DNA from: Octopus sinensis
Lineage: Eukaryota
DNA length: 64,000 bases
NCBI RefSeq assembly: GCF_006345805.1
Contig: NC_042998.1
Coordinates: 169,570,001 to 169,634,000, forward strand
Reading direction: 5' to 3'
Position 1 is the stretch's first letter; the number at the start of each line of letters is the position of its first letter. The notes under the pieces were generated by a model that searched no databases, had not been told where the DNA came from, and saw nothing but the letters and a program-made list of their open reading frames with translations. This document shows positions 12,458 through 25,213 of this stretch, one piece after another. Made by a program: the position numbers and the translations under genes.

Positions 12458-12836
12458 AGGCGCGGCTGTGTGGTAAGAAACCTACTTCTCAATCACATGG
12501 TTCTGGGTACATTTTCCACTGCATAGCACTTTGGGCAAGTGTCTTTTATTATAGCTCCGCGCCGACTAAATCCTTGTGAATACATATTGTAAACGGAAAC
12601 GGAAAGAAACCTGTTTGTGTCTGCCCCCCCCACCCGCTAGACAAACGGTGTTAGCTTGCCTACGTCATCGTAACTTACCGGTTTGGCGATAGAGACCGAC
12701 AGAATTTTTTAAAAAATAGGCCGATAGAATTTTTTTTTAAATAAGCACTGGAGGCAATTTGTTCGATTAAACCTTTCAAGGCGGTGCCCCAGCATGGCCG
12801 CAGTTCAATGATTGAAACAAGTAAAAGATAAAAGAT
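12458..12836 (+). mobile_element. SINE family B, diverged full-length copy
   Basis: Head ggctgtgtggtaag, CORE-like ttgggcaagtgtctt and tail tgaaacaagtaaaag. Confidence 0.85.
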
Positions 12837-13321
12837 ACTGTTTTATGTATTTTCAACAGGAAATTCGTTTTCCCTGTTAGTGATTGTGCCTCAGAAATCA
12901 TCACCAAGGAGACCTACATCTGTTTATTGATCTTTGTATGCTACCTCTATTGTATGTTGATATTGCAACTTTTACCATTGTCACTCTGCTATGTTTCAGC
13001 TAATTTATGAGCTGAATTCATTTTATTTCCTTTCGGACAAACATTTAGCTTCAGATGAGTCAGATTTGTTAAACTTTTTCAATCAATAACATACAATAGG
13101 GTATAATCAGCCTTTAATGAATAAAACAGATTTATCAACGAAGCATATGAACTTATCAGAAAACATAGATATTAAATTATTAATTAGTCTAGCCATTAAT
13201 CTACATGTCTGAGTCGTTTGTTGTATATTGGTTAAAGTGGGCTTCGGTAAACAAATTAGCGAATCTGAGAGATTTAGTTTTTCGTTCTGATGTCGGTATA
13301 TTCAATTTCGGAAGTATATTG

Positions 13322-13540
13322 GTTTCAAATTTTGGCACAAGGCCAGCAATTTGGAGCTGGGGAACGGCAAGTCGATTTCATCAGTTTCAGTGCTCAGCTG
13401 GTAATTATTTTATCGACGCCAAAAGGATGCAAAGCAAAGTCAACCTCGGCGGAATTTGAACTCTGAACGTGAAAACGGACGAAATGCCGCTAAACATTTT
13501 GCCCGTCGCGTGAACGATTGTGACAGCTCGCCGCCTTAAT
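13322..13540 (-). mobile_element. SINE family A
   Basis: Reverse complement of the A consensus, ending cagctcgccgcctt. Confidence 0.85.
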
Positions 13541-14021
13541 TTCGGAAGTATATTGATGTCTCCTTACGTTCATATGGCATCATATTTATAGAGGATTGAA
13601 CTGTTTTGATGTCCATGTCTTTTCCACTGACATTACTGACGTTTAGTTAAATCACATTTATAACTGCAAAAATAAACGAAACCTCCAATTTTCTTTTCTT
13701 TACAATCAACGCGTCCACTATTATAATACATGGTTTATATTTGGTTACTTGTTATTTAGTCCATGGATATCCCTGATTGAATATATGATCAAAAGACGTT
13801 CCAGTTGTAATTATTCCCGGTCACACTGCATTCAGTACCATTATCTAATGCGTTTCCCCTTTTAAGGTAGCAGAATAAGATAGATCTGGTTTCAATTTTA
13901 CGAAGTCGAAAGACTGTTTAAGGGTCCCATTACTAGATACAAATTACCCTATGTCTTAAGGGAAGGATAATTGTAACCTTCTTGCTTTCCTTAAGGGATT
14001 TAGCGGCATAAATAAAATCCA

Positions 14022-14249
14022 ATATTTTATTGTGTCTGATGAGTCATTCTCTTTTAGTGCCTTATTAATTTAACACACTCACTGGTCTGATTTCCACTCA
14101 TTTACAGAGTCAATGACTATTGAAAAGGTTGCAAGTGGCAACGAAAATTTTAGTAAAAAATAAGTAAATGAGTGGAAATCAGACTGGTGAGTGTGTTAAA
14201 TTAATAAGGCACTAAAAGAGAATGACTCTCTCCAGACACAATAAAATAT
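14022..14249. mobile_element. 228-bp element with inverted arms of about 84 bp flanking a hammerhead-like core
   Basis: atattttattgtgtctg...ccactcattta (from 14022) pairs with taaatgagtgg...cagacacaataaaatat (to 14249), with few differences. Confidence 0.85.
14116..14154 (+). ncRNA. Minimal type-I hammerhead ribozyme fold (U3/A8 variant)
   Basis: ACTA | TTGAAAA G | GTTGC aagtg GCAAC | GAAA A T T T | TAGT. Stem I has 4 bp, stem II 5 bp and stem III is the palindromic AATT; predicted cleavage is after 14150. Confidence 0.6.
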
Positions 14250-14980
14250 ACTTCAACACACGAATTCACATAAAGAATTTTGCAAACCACATACAAAAAC
14301 GAAATACAATCCAATAGTTTCGACAATGAATTGAAACCGCATCGTTGTCCCTCTTACTCTACAACATTCTAAACTTTCACAGATTACATTGGTTTCTTTC
14401 TGAAGCACAATGACATGGATGTACAGAGAAAATGAACGTATTTGTATTGACGGTCATGTCTCAGTTTCCTAAATGGAATAAAATGACTTCAACGTAAAGT
14501 TGAAAACTTGCCGCAGACTCGTCTCCTTGAAAGTTTAACGCTTGTTCTCGCTTTAGTCTTTATACAATTCGTTATTATTATGCAAAAGTGTCCTAAGTCC
14601 AAAACGTTGCTTTTTCAGAAAACAAGAAAATAGTTTCACCATTCCATTTTTTTTTTTTTTTTACGTTAGCAACAGTTTCAGATTTGCTAGGTGCATGTAT
14701 GATATTTTCAGTCAGAAATACTTTTACAAAACTGTCGTATGTAGGACTTACTATACTTTTGAAAAAATGCTAAATACTAAATACTACACTTTGACAATTT
14801 TCATATCCTGGCGTCTAAAGTAGCTGGAGATACGATCGTTTGACCAAAGGAACCGGCTATTGCAAGCAAAATTAAATATTGAAAAAAAAAAAAAAAAAAT
14901 TGCATTTGTACAAATTTAGACACACGACAGTTTAACATAATAGCAACAAATTAGTCTCTCTCTCTCCCCTCTCTCTTTTA

Positions 14981-15462
14981 CCTTTTACTTGTTTCAGTCA
15001 TTGGCCTGCAACCATGCTGAGGCACGCCATGACGGGTAGTTGTCGAACGAATTGATCCCAGTATTTAAGTTTTAAAGTCTGGTGCTTATTCTATCGGTTA
15101 CTTTCGCCGAACCGCTAAAACCAACCAACGCTGATTCTCAAGTGTGTGTGTGTCGGGGGGCAAATATAACGGCACACACACACGTATCTGTGTATGTAGA
15201 TATATATATATATATTATATATATATATAATATATATATAATATAATATATATATATATATGCATATATATTTATATTATATGATCGAACGCCACATATA
15301 TTTCCAAGTAAGTCTCTCTCTCTCTCTAACAAATCCAGTCGTAAGGCTTTGGTCGACCCAAGGCTATTGCCTCAGAAGTCACTTGCCCAAGGAACCATGG
15401 AGTGGGATTGAACCCGGAGCTATGTGGTTGGGAAGCAAACATCTTACCACATATCCACGCCT
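14981..15462 (-). mobile_element. SINE family B with an expanded central (TA)n tract
   Basis: Tail half at 14981-15150 and head half at 15330-15462, both reverse complement of the B consensus. Confidence 0.85.
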
Positions 15463-16536
15463 TATAAGAATAGTTTTCTGCATGTAACCACCAAATGCCA
15501 ACGTGCCAATCGGTTTCTCTATATATTTATTATTTTTTTATCTTATCTCTTTTTAATTTTTTTTTTAGTATTTTCCTGCGCATCGTTAACAATTTTCCCT
15601 TTGTGTTAGTTTTTGACACACTATTTTTGTTTTTTTTATGTGCCAACTAAAAATAATTTCAGTTTTATTTATATATTCCCCCTCGCACTTTGTCCTATAA
15701 AATACGTTAAATTTTTGCACAATACATTCATTATAACAATGCAACTTTGTTGTTTACAGTTGTGTTACTGTTGATATACAAACTTAGAGTTAAATGCGGA
15801 TAAGTTGCCGAACAAGTTGGAAATTGCAGCTAGATTCTAACGCTTCACAAATATGAAGCAGGATTATAAATCCGTTAGGCGCCTTACATGTGAATTCTTT
15901 TTACAAAAGGGAAAATAATGCAGTCGTAACGCTCATTTTACAGGAGTTTATTGTAATCCAGTAACATGGATTACTTTGGAGTTTTGATGTCTTTATATGC
16001 AGGTGTATAAGACGCTCTTTTTCTTCTTAGATGTATCTAATGCGACCGTATTACGGATGGGACACTGAGTGTATGATGCAACATTAAATTTGAGTGTCTG
16101 TTTTTTTTCCACAAAAGAGTAGGAGTTTGTCTCGTGCGAGAGTACGCCTTATATACCGACTGATACGTCAATTCAAATGGGAAAGAATAGAATAGAATCG
16201 GTAAGTGCTCGATAAAAAGATAACCAAAAACTAGTAGTTTTTCGATTTGTGATCACAAATTGAGCAGTAATGTGCAAGTGTATCTCATGTAGCATGGTTA
16301 TGATATAGTATAGAAAGACAAAAGGGTAACGCCGTTAGTTGGAGAGATTAGGAAGGTAAAGGAGGGGGATGAAATGTTCTCAAAAAACGGCTTAAAGGAA
16401 AGAGAAAAATTGTTTAAAGAAATTAAGATAAATATTTTAAAAGCTTAATAAACTTCACAAGCTTCAAATTGAAATATTCACACTATTCGGCCATTTCTTC
16501 GGATTTATGTTTTCAACAGCGGAAATTACTATTTTG

Positions 16537-17361
16537 GGATCTTTACCCTTTGAACGGCAGATCGAGAAATTAATTTTTTTGTAACTAAACACTTTCAAAC
16601 TTCGGACACAAGTAGAATGTGTCATATAAAACATCTTTTACTCTTAGAGTTGTTGAGAAAAGTTTGTATTTTCAAAGTTATTTTGTGTTAAAGTAGTCGT
16701 ATTTCGGTAATTTCAACCAACCAATGACGTGTATTTAGCTGAATAAAATTACTGCTGTTGTTTGTCAACAACTGTCGGCGGTGTATATTTCGTTTTTCAC
16801 TGTTATTTATGACATATTTCATCTCAGTTACGTTTGTATGAATAAACGAGTGTATCTGAAGCATGTTTACTTCATGGCACCACCACAATCGTTCATGCAT
16901 TTCTACTGCTTTTAGTTTTTGTTTTCCCTGGTTTTCAGCTACTATTTTCGGAAAAAACTTTTTGCCCCACTCTCCCTCCAATTTCCTTATTTTTCGCTTT
17001 TCCGTAACTCTGAACCTAAAATCCCAACCCTAACACTAACACTAACTCCCTAAAGCTAAAACCAGTACAAACGCACGAACGATGTCATAAATAACAGTGA
17101 CAAGCGAAATATACACCGCCGATAGTTGTTGTTGACAAACAACGGCAGTAATTTTCATTCAGCTGAATATGTCATTGATTGGTTGAAATTACCGAAATAC
17201 TACTACTTTAACACGAAATAACTTTGAAAATATAAACTTTTCTCAACAACACTAAGGGTAAAAGATGTTTTATATGACACATTCTACCAGTGTCCGAAGT
17301 TTGAAAGTGTTTAGTTAGAAAAAATTAATTTCTCGATCTGCCATTCAAAGGGAAAAGATCC
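16537..17361. mobile_element. Merlin/MULE-like fold-back element with TIRs of about 285 bp and an 8-bp TSD
   Basis: ctattttg | GGATCTTTACCCTTTGAACGGCAGATCGAG ... CTCGATCTGCCATTCAAAGGGAAAAGATCC | ctattttg; perfect 8-bp duplication at 16529-16536 and 17362-17369. Confidence 0.85.
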
Positions 17362-17534
17362 CTATTTTGTCAAAACTAACAGCATTTCTAATTTTTTTTG
17401 TTTTACCTCTCCTTCTCCTTTTTTTCTGCACGACTTACTTCGATTTTTTTTTCGGGATGGAAGATTCTATGTTTATAAATATGGAGATTATGATTCTAAA
17501 TAAATATATCAATAATCATTTCCAGTATAAGGTC

Positions 17535-17725
17535 CGAATATTTGGGGGAAGGGGCCAGTCGATTATATCGACCCCAGTACTCGACCGGTACTTATTTTAC
17601 CGACCCTGAAAGAATGAAAGGTTATGTCGACCGCGGTGAAATTTGAAATCAGAACGTAAAGCCGGAGAAATGCTGCTATGCATTTCATCCGGCGCATTAA
17701 CGATTTTGCCAGTTTACCACTTTAA
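17535..17725 (-). mobile_element. SINE family A
   Basis: tcgaccccagtac..ccctgaaagaatgaaagg..gaaatttgaaatcagaacg. Confidence 0.8.
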
Positions 17726-17993
17726 ATTGATATATAAAATAACAGAAAACATAAATAGAATTCCAATGCTGATTCTTTACGATCATTTTCCACTTTCAGT
17801 TTGAGATCATAAGCAGAAGGAATGTCAAAAACCTGTCGTATTCAGTTACGTTCTTCAGCTCTCTGAGTTCAGATTTCTACACGTCGATTTTTACCTTCCA
17901 TCCTTCAGATGTCAGTTATATAAGTATCGATGTTTTAAATTAATGCTAACATACTTAAAGCAGGAAGCATTGAAAAATTAACTGGAAATAATT

Positions 17994-18410
17994 AGGCGTA
18001 GTCATTACTGTGTAGTTAAGAAGCTCGCTTTGCAACTTACGTGGTTTCAGGTTCAGTTCCACTGCGTGGCATCTCTGCCAGGTGTCCTCTACTAAGCCCC
18101 CTCCCCCAGACTGGCCAATATCTTGTGAGTGAACTTAGTTGACGGAAACTGTGAAAGCCTGTCGTGTGTGTGTGTCCTCTACCGCCTGGCAACCGGTGTT
18201 GGTTTGTTCACTCTCATAACTTAGCGGTTCGACAAAAGAGACAGATAAAATAAGTACCGGATCTCAACAACTTAAGTATAGTGGCCGATTTGTTCGACTA
18301 ACACTTCAAGGCGATGTTCCAATATGGCCGCAGTGCAATGACTGAAACAAATAAAAGATAAAAAAGCCCCAGTATGACCGCAGTCTAATGACGGAAACAA
18401 GTAAAAAAGT
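17994..18410 (+). mobile_element. SINE family B with duplicated tail
   Basis: Head-to-tail match to the B consensus; the 'ccgcagt..aatgac.gaaacaa' tail occurs twice. Confidence 0.8.
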
Positions 18411-18428
18411 AAAAATAAAAAACCCAAA

Positions 18429-19034
18429 GGATCTTTTCCTTTTGAACGGCAGATGTCAACACAATTTCTAGTTAACTAAACACTTGTAAACTTCGTATAC
18501 TGGTAGAATGTGTTTATAAAACATCATTTTCTCTTGGTTTTATTGAGAAAATTCTATAGTTTGTAAGATATTTCGTCTGAAAATCCGAGCATTTCGGCAA
18601 TTTTAACCAATCGATTACCTCTATTCAACTAAAATCATTTGCTGCGTCTAAAACTGAAACAACATCCTGTGACTAACCCTAAACCTCCCCCCTAACCCTA
18701 ATTTTTTTTCTTAATTGTTAAATTAATTTAATTCCATTGCTTTAGTTTTTTTTACACGCGTAACAATTAAATTAATTAAGAAAAAAAAATTTAGGGTTAG
18801 GGTTAGTTACAGGATGTTGCCTCAGTTTTAGACGCAGCAAATGATTTTAGCTCAAAAGAGAGCATAGGATTGGTTAAAATTCGAAAAATTAAACTACGTT
18901 AAACAAACAAATTACAATTTTCTCAAAGCCAAGAGAAAAAAAAAATGTTTTATTTTGACACATTCTACCAGTATACGAAGTTTTAAAGTGTTTAGTTAAC
19001 TAGAAATTGTCTGCCGTTCAAAAGGAAAAGATCC
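18429..19034. mobile_element. Second Merlin/MULE-like fold-back element (related subfamily), almost entirely palindromic
   Basis: aacccaaa | GGATCTTTTCCTTTTGAACGGCAGA ... TCTGCCGTTCAAAAGGAAAAGATCC | aaccctaa; 7/8 TSD and the same terminal sequence as 16537-17361. Confidence 0.85.
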
Positions 19035-19806
19035 AACCCTAAACAAATAAGCAATATTAGCCCCCGATTAATACTGTATTTCAGCAAACACTTGAGGTAA
19101 CCCTGGATAGGTTTCGGTTTTATTATGATCGTCACTCAAAAACATAGATTTCTCTGTACTTGTCATAGTGATGGGAGAATAACTAATGAGATGTATAGCA
19201 ATGTACAAAAAGAAAGCTAGAAAAAATTAGAATGGTTAGATAATAAATTATACAGAGGCGCCATCCACATAAAAAACAATAGTTGTCTAGACAATTCTAA
19301 ATTTTTACGCCTACTACCGTACATTCTTGAATACATACTTTGTGAATCTCCCATTACAGCCATCTTGGCAAGTACAGTGAAATCTATGATTCGCTGAGGA
19401 TAGTCATAACTAATAAGAGCGAAAAAGTGTCCCACTGACAGAAAATGGTATACCAACACGTGCGTGTGTCCTCCGAATTTGTTTCCTCGTATCTTTCAGA
19501 AACATGGATATTTTAAAATGAAATTTTCTGCAAATATCTTTCAGATGGTGTAGATTACAATTATATCGAAATTTAATGTAAAAAAAAAACCAACACAAAA
19601 GTAAAACAGGTGGGTGCACGCACAACGCATATATCTACAAAATGAAACTCGAACTTGTGAATAAATTGTGATGTGTGTCAGTATGTGTGGGCACGCCCAC
19701 CGTTTTTCTTTTTTCTGTTTTTTTCTCACATTAAATTCCGGTATAATCGCAATCTGAACCATCTGAAAAGTATTTGTAGAAAATCTCATTAATAAATATC
19801 CGTTTT

Positions 19807-20215
19807 TAAGACGGCGAGCTGGCAGAAACGTTAGCACGCCGGAAGAAATGCGTAGCCGTATTTCGTCTGTCTTTATGTTCTGAGTTCAAATTCCGCCGAG
19901 GTCGACTTTGCCTATCATCCTTTCGGGGTCGATAAATTAAGTACCAGTTACGCACTGGGGTCGGTGTAGTCGACTTAATCCATTTGTCTGTCCCTGTTTG
20001 TGCCCTCTATGTTTAGCCCCTTGTGGGTAGTAAAGAAATACGTATTTCGTCTGTCGTTACGTTGTGAGTTCAAATTCCGCCGTGGTTGACTTTGCCTTTC
20101 ATCCTTTTCGGGGCCGATTAAATAAGTACTAGATACGCACTGGGGTCGATGTAATCGACTTAATCCCTTTTTTTGTTTTATCTATGTTTAGCCTCTTGTG
20201 GACAATAAAGAAATA
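19807..20215 (+). mobile_element. SINE family A, young full copy followed head-to-tail by a 5'-truncated copy
   Basis: The full copy 19807-20040 has intact CpGs; the second copy starts at the internal 'gtatttcgtctg' at 20042. Confidence 0.9.
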
Positions 20216-20490
20216 AATATCTATTTTTTTTCCTGAAAATTGTGAGGAAGCAAAGTCAGGAGGGTACACTTTTGTGAGTATGCTAATACGAAGAAAATAA
20301 TATTAACCAATGGCTTATTAGCCGAGTTTTTTCCCTCAACCATGGAAAGGTCGTGGACACGGATACTAGCCTGCTTTTCTGATTAAGCGATTTAAAAAAA
20401 TCGCTTGTGGAACTAAGAACGTTCTCCACCCCGATTCTCTTTAGCTCGAATCATTATTGTAATTTTTCAAAAGATGAAATGCAGTGTAAA

Positions 20491-20872
20491 CGCAGGCTTG
20501 GTTGCGTGGTAAAGCAGCTCGCTTTGCAACCAGGTGGCTTCGGTTTCAGTCCCACTGTGCAACACCTTGGACAAATGTCTTCTATTATCGCCACGGGCTG
20601 ATTTAGAGGGTGAATGTGGCAGATGGAAACTGTGTGAAAATCTGTCGTGTATATGTGTGGGCGTGTTTAGATTTTTTTGTGTTTATCAGCCACACTGCTT
20701 GACAACCGGTGTTGGTTTGTTTACAGCCACGTAACTTAGAGGTTCTGCAAAAGTGATCGATAGAATAAGTGCCAGATTTTGAAATTAGTACTGTGGTCGA
20801 TGTGTTCGAATAAACCACTTCAAAGCAGTGCCACAGCATGATCGCAGTCCAATGACGGAAATATAAAAGATA
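20491..20872 (+). mobile_element. SINE family B
   Basis: Head, CORE-like block and tail are recognisable. Confidence 0.8.
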
Positions 20873-20947
20873 CAGTGACAAAACGCTTAATAGGATTATG
20901 GGACTAAATATCGTTCATGTCGCTTTTGTTTATTTATTACTTTTATG

Positions 20948-21097
20948 CAGTCATGGGCAAACTGCGGCCTGCGAGACTTACTGAATGGCGCACCTAACAA
21001 AAAGTTACCTTGAATTTTATTTTTGAGTAGTGCAGCCCGCCTGATGATAAGTTACGTCTCTTGCGGTCTGCTTCTCGAAAAACGTGGCCCATGCTTG
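20948..21097. mobile_element. hAT/Charlie-like MITE
   Basis: Termini cagtcatgggcaaac ... gtggcccatgcttg; no TSD preserved. Confidence 0.65.
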
Positions 21098-21151
21098 GTC
21101 AAGTGGATGCTAGTAATAATGTCGATTAGGTCCTCTATAATACTCCTTAAT

Positions 21152-21885
21152 AGGCGCAGGCGTGGCTGTGTGGCAAGAAGTTAGCTTCCCAACCACGCGG
21201 TTCCGAGTTCAGTCCCACTGCATGGCACCTTGGGCAAGTGACTCCTACTATGGCCTCAGTCGATTTGTTAGACGGAAACTGAAGGAAGCCCGTCGTGTGT
21301 GTGTGGGTGTAATAATATATATATATATATATATATAAATTCAGGGTGAATACTTGATAAATGTAAGCACCTGTATATGCCAGATAGTAGCATAGGTGAG
21401 AGGATATATGTATCAAATGAAATAAATGAGAAACAGGACACAAAGGATGTTGTGGTACATATGTTTCGGGCTTTATAGAACAACTTATTCATACACCAAT
21501 GCATAATCGACTTAACAGATAGTTCAAAAGCCTTCTTCATAAGTTGTTCTATAAAGCCCGAAACATATGTACTGCAACATCCTTTGTGTCCTGTTTTTCA
21601 TTTATTTTATTTGATACATATATATATATATATATATTGTGTGTGTGTGTCTTTGTGTTTGTCCTCACCGCCACTTGACAATCGGTGATGGTTTATGTCC
21701 CCGTAATCTAGCGGTCCAACAAAAGTAACCGATCGAGTAAGATCGGTGTAATCGACTTAATCCACAAAATCGACAAAAAAGAAGAAAAAAAACACAAGTT
21801 CGATTCATTCTACTAAAAATTATTTGGGGCGATACTCCAACATGGCTACTGGCTAATGGCTGAAACAAATAAAAGACGATAAAAG
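21152..21885 (+). mobile_element. SINE family B interrupted in its central microsatellite by a fold-back element
   Basis: Head half at 21152-21310 and tail half at 21645-21885. Confidence 0.85.
21405..21625. repeat. Fold-back element with 85-bp inverted arms (4 mismatches)
   Basis: atatatgtatcaaatg...gtacatatgtttcgggctttatagaacaacttat pairs with ataagttgttctataaagcccgaaacatatgtac...atttgatacatatat. Confidence 0.9.
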
Positions 21886-22813
21886 AAGAATACTGCTTTG
21901 TGAATTTTGTGGTCTTGACTAAGGAAAGTTATTTGTAAACGAACTCATAATATATACGAAATACTATACAATTTTGAATGTGTTGAAACCAGTTTCTTTG
22001 AATTATGCTTATAAATGCTCTCGAGAAAATTGTCAACATCATTCAGTCTCATCCTATATGCTCTTAACCTTATAAATTTCAGTGTCTTTTGTCTTATTAT
22101 TCTTAGTTGGCGAGCCATAAAAGCAAGTTTCTCGTTTGAAGCTACTTTTATTTCATTTATAAGAAGGGCGTGAACGTCATACTCATGTTTATTAACTGTT
22201 AAAATAACAGACTCTTTTGAACTTAGTCACAGACATTGTCATAAACATTCGTCATATCAACTGTTGACGAGTCCGACCGAACAAAATCAGATTTCCATTC
22301 TCGTTTGTTGTGTGTTGGCTTTCTGTGCTCCTAGGAAAGGTATGGATATTACTATATCACATTTTTGCTTCTAAAACTTAACTATTTTGTGCTAGTTACT
22401 TGAATGCTAACACGCTCATATAGCTTAACCCTTCCAGTTTTATAGAAAATTTCTATACAGATGTAGTTTTTCATTCTACTTGAAAATCACAACCATTTAT
22501 GGATAAGTGAATGGTAATATTAATTTTTGTTTTTGTAAGTTTAACCAATCATATCCAGCTATTCGTTTCATACCGTTTCGATGTTATGGAAAGTGCCATT
22601 TTTTTCTTCTTTTTTGTTTTCAGTACGTGACGTGTAGAAAATCGAAACAAACATAGATTTTTTGAAAAAAAGAAATTGATAATTTAAACGTCGCTAAACG
22701 TCATTTGAAGATAAACAAACTTAATGCAAGAAAATGAACATCTAAAGTTTGCTTATGAAATTTTGCAATGCACCTTCAATCTAAACTTTAACCATCAGTT
22801 GGTTGCTACAAGA

Positions 22814-23112
22814 CCCCTTCAGTCATAATTGACCATGGGATTGCACAAGTTCGGGCAAGGTTGTTTATGGAAGACCATGCATACCAGCCCATGCATACCA
22901 GCCTCCCCTCTCCACACCACTGATCTTATCCAAGGGAAAGGCAAAGGCCGATACAGCTTGGCGCCTTTGACGTCGCAACTCATTCCTACAGCTGAGTGAA
23001 CTGGAGCAACGTGAAATAAAGTGTCTTGCTCAAGAACATAACACGTAGCTCGGTCCAGGATTCGAACTCACAACCTCACGACCGTAAGCTCGACGCTCTA
23101 ACCACTGAGCCA
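22814..23112 (-). mobile_element. tRNA-derived SINE family D with a 10-bp TSD
   Basis: The - strand head tggctcagtggttagagcgtcgagcttacggtcgtgaggttgtgagttcgaatcc contains A and B boxes; tgctacaaga is duplicated at 22804-22813 and 23113-23122. Confidence 0.9.
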
Positions 23113-23738
23113 TGCTACAAGAACCTGTGCAATTAATACCATCTGTTGGAACTGACTGGCTAAAATTCCAAAACATTTTAACCTTCAAAGACTTGTAGCT
23201 TTTTTAAAATTATTAATAGAAAAAAAAAATGATTGTGATTTTTGTAATTGGCATGAAAAATCGGAGAAGAAATTTCCAATAAAATTGAAAGAAGTAGCTC
23301 AAAACGAAATGATGCGGCAGGTAGGATGAAAACATTAGCTCAGCGATTATTATTTTAAGCTAATCTTCGTAACTAAGGGTGTTAACTCTTGACATAATTC
23401 GATATTCCTAAACTTCCTCAGCAAAGCATAGCCTCCTCCGTCCTTGTAAGAAAACTGCTTTGTTGATGAGCAAAATGTACACGTATAGGGGTTAAAATGA
23501 TCATGACTAGATTCGATCTCAAATATATTTCTGGTATTTATACAACACGAAGGAATCGAGGCAACGACAGAGCTTCTACGTGGTTGCTCTACCAGCGAGA
23601 AATAACAACCACTTTCACTGGAATTACAGTCCAACCATCTTCGGACAGAGGGTGAACAGCATTCCACATATAATACATCTTAAATACTTCCATCTACTAT
23701 ATACTGAAGTAGAAATGTTAGAATATGTAATATATTGA

Positions 23739-23950
23739 TTTCAAATTTTGGCACAAGGCCAGCAATTTTGGGGAGCGCGGCAAGTTGATTGCATCGACCC
23801 CAGTACTCAATTGGTACTTATTTTATCGACCCCAAAAGGATGAAAGGCAAAGTCGACCTCGGTGGAATTTGAACTCAGAACGTAAAGACGGACAGAATTC
23901 TGCTAAGCATTTTACCCAGCGTGCTAACGATTCTGTTAGCTCGCTGCCTT
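23739..23950 (-). mobile_element. SINE family A with a TSD of about 19-21 bp
   Basis: agaatatgtaatatattga flanks both sides (23720-23738 and 23951-23969). Confidence 0.9.
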
Positions 23951-24813
23951 AGAATATGTAATATATTGACATCCTAGATACACTTTGTCTGAAAATAAAG
24001 CAGAACGGACTCAGTTGGAATGCGTTTGACTATAGGTTTGTTCGATCAGGGATTTTCCTAGGATAAACAGGAGTAAAAAGAAACTGGATAGATTTAAGCT
24101 CAGAACATAAACCAATAAAAGACATGTTGGCAGGCGCTTCATCATTTTAGCCGTCACCGCCCTTATAATGAATGATATTAATAACTGAAGCTTTCGAATT
24201 ATTCTAAAAAAAAAATGCACGATCTTTTCTCCAGTTTTAGTAATTTAAACTCAGACTTGTTTATATTTGTTTTTACAAGCGAGAAATGGTATACTGTATC
24301 GCCTACATTATTGATAATTAATAAAGGTTGTGGAGTAACCAGTTAAGGCGCAAAATAGATTCGTGACTAGACTACTCTACACTGTGTCGTGTATTCTGAT
24401 ACATATATCTACGTCAGGATAATTTGAATAAAGTAGGTGGAAGTGTCATTTAAGGTACATTACACCGTGGAATGCTGCTCACTCCCAAATCAAGAGTGAA
24501 CATTCGTAATTTTCCATCAAATACCATGTCCCTAATTTCGTTGCAACTTGACCTCTTTTAAAATGTCAAGCAAGTCAAATTTTAGCAACTCACAAGATAG
24601 AGTATAGGTTAACACAAACTTTCTGGTGTAATTATGCCAATATACATACACAATAACGTCATGTTTACGATTCTGTTTTTCTTCTCGATTATATTAGAAA
24701 ATAATTACTGGTGGATAAGTGAGGTAAAAGTTTGTTTAAACTCAAGGACATAAATTACAAACCCCTACGTTTCTCTGAATAAATGAAACCATTAAAAAAT
24801 ATTCAAACATTAA

Positions 24814-25213
24814 TCTTTTATCTTTTACTTGTTTCAGTCATTGGACTGTGATCATACTGAGGCGTTGCCTCGAAGGGTTTAGTCGAACAAATCGACTCTA
24901 CTACTTATTTTTAAAGCCTGGTACTTATTCTATCGGTTTTTCTTTTGCTGAACCGTTAAGTTACAGGGGTGTAAACGAACCAACATTAGTTGCCAAGCAG
25001 TGGTGAAGTACAAACATAACGCAAACACACACACACACACACACACACGCTCGACGGGCTTCTTTCAGTTTCTGTCTTCCAAATCTACTCAGAAGACTTT
25101 GGTCGGCTAGGGGCTAGAATAGAAGACACTTGCCCAAGATGTTACGCAGTGGGACTGAACCCAAGATCACGTTGTTGGAAAGCAGGCTTCTTAACCACGC
25201 AGTCACGCCGGCG
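24814..25213 (-). mobile_element. SINE family B
   Basis: Full reverse-complement match with a (CA)n centre. Confidence 0.85.

Noticed and set aside
13860-13997. A Kolobok-like MITE with TTAA ends
   Set aside because: The terminal inverted repeats are short and need gaps, and there is no second copy in the window.
16140-16210. A TATA box and CRE-like promoter on the - strand
   Set aside because: Short motifs are not significant in AT-rich DNA, and no downstream gene structure supports it.
23350-23667. A BED zinc finger in the 105-aa - strand ORF (CTFC...GGG..LLRK)
   Set aside because: The conserved Trp and His ligands are absent, the 5' part overlaps a dispersed repeat, and another frame looks equally like a decayed RTE C-terminus.
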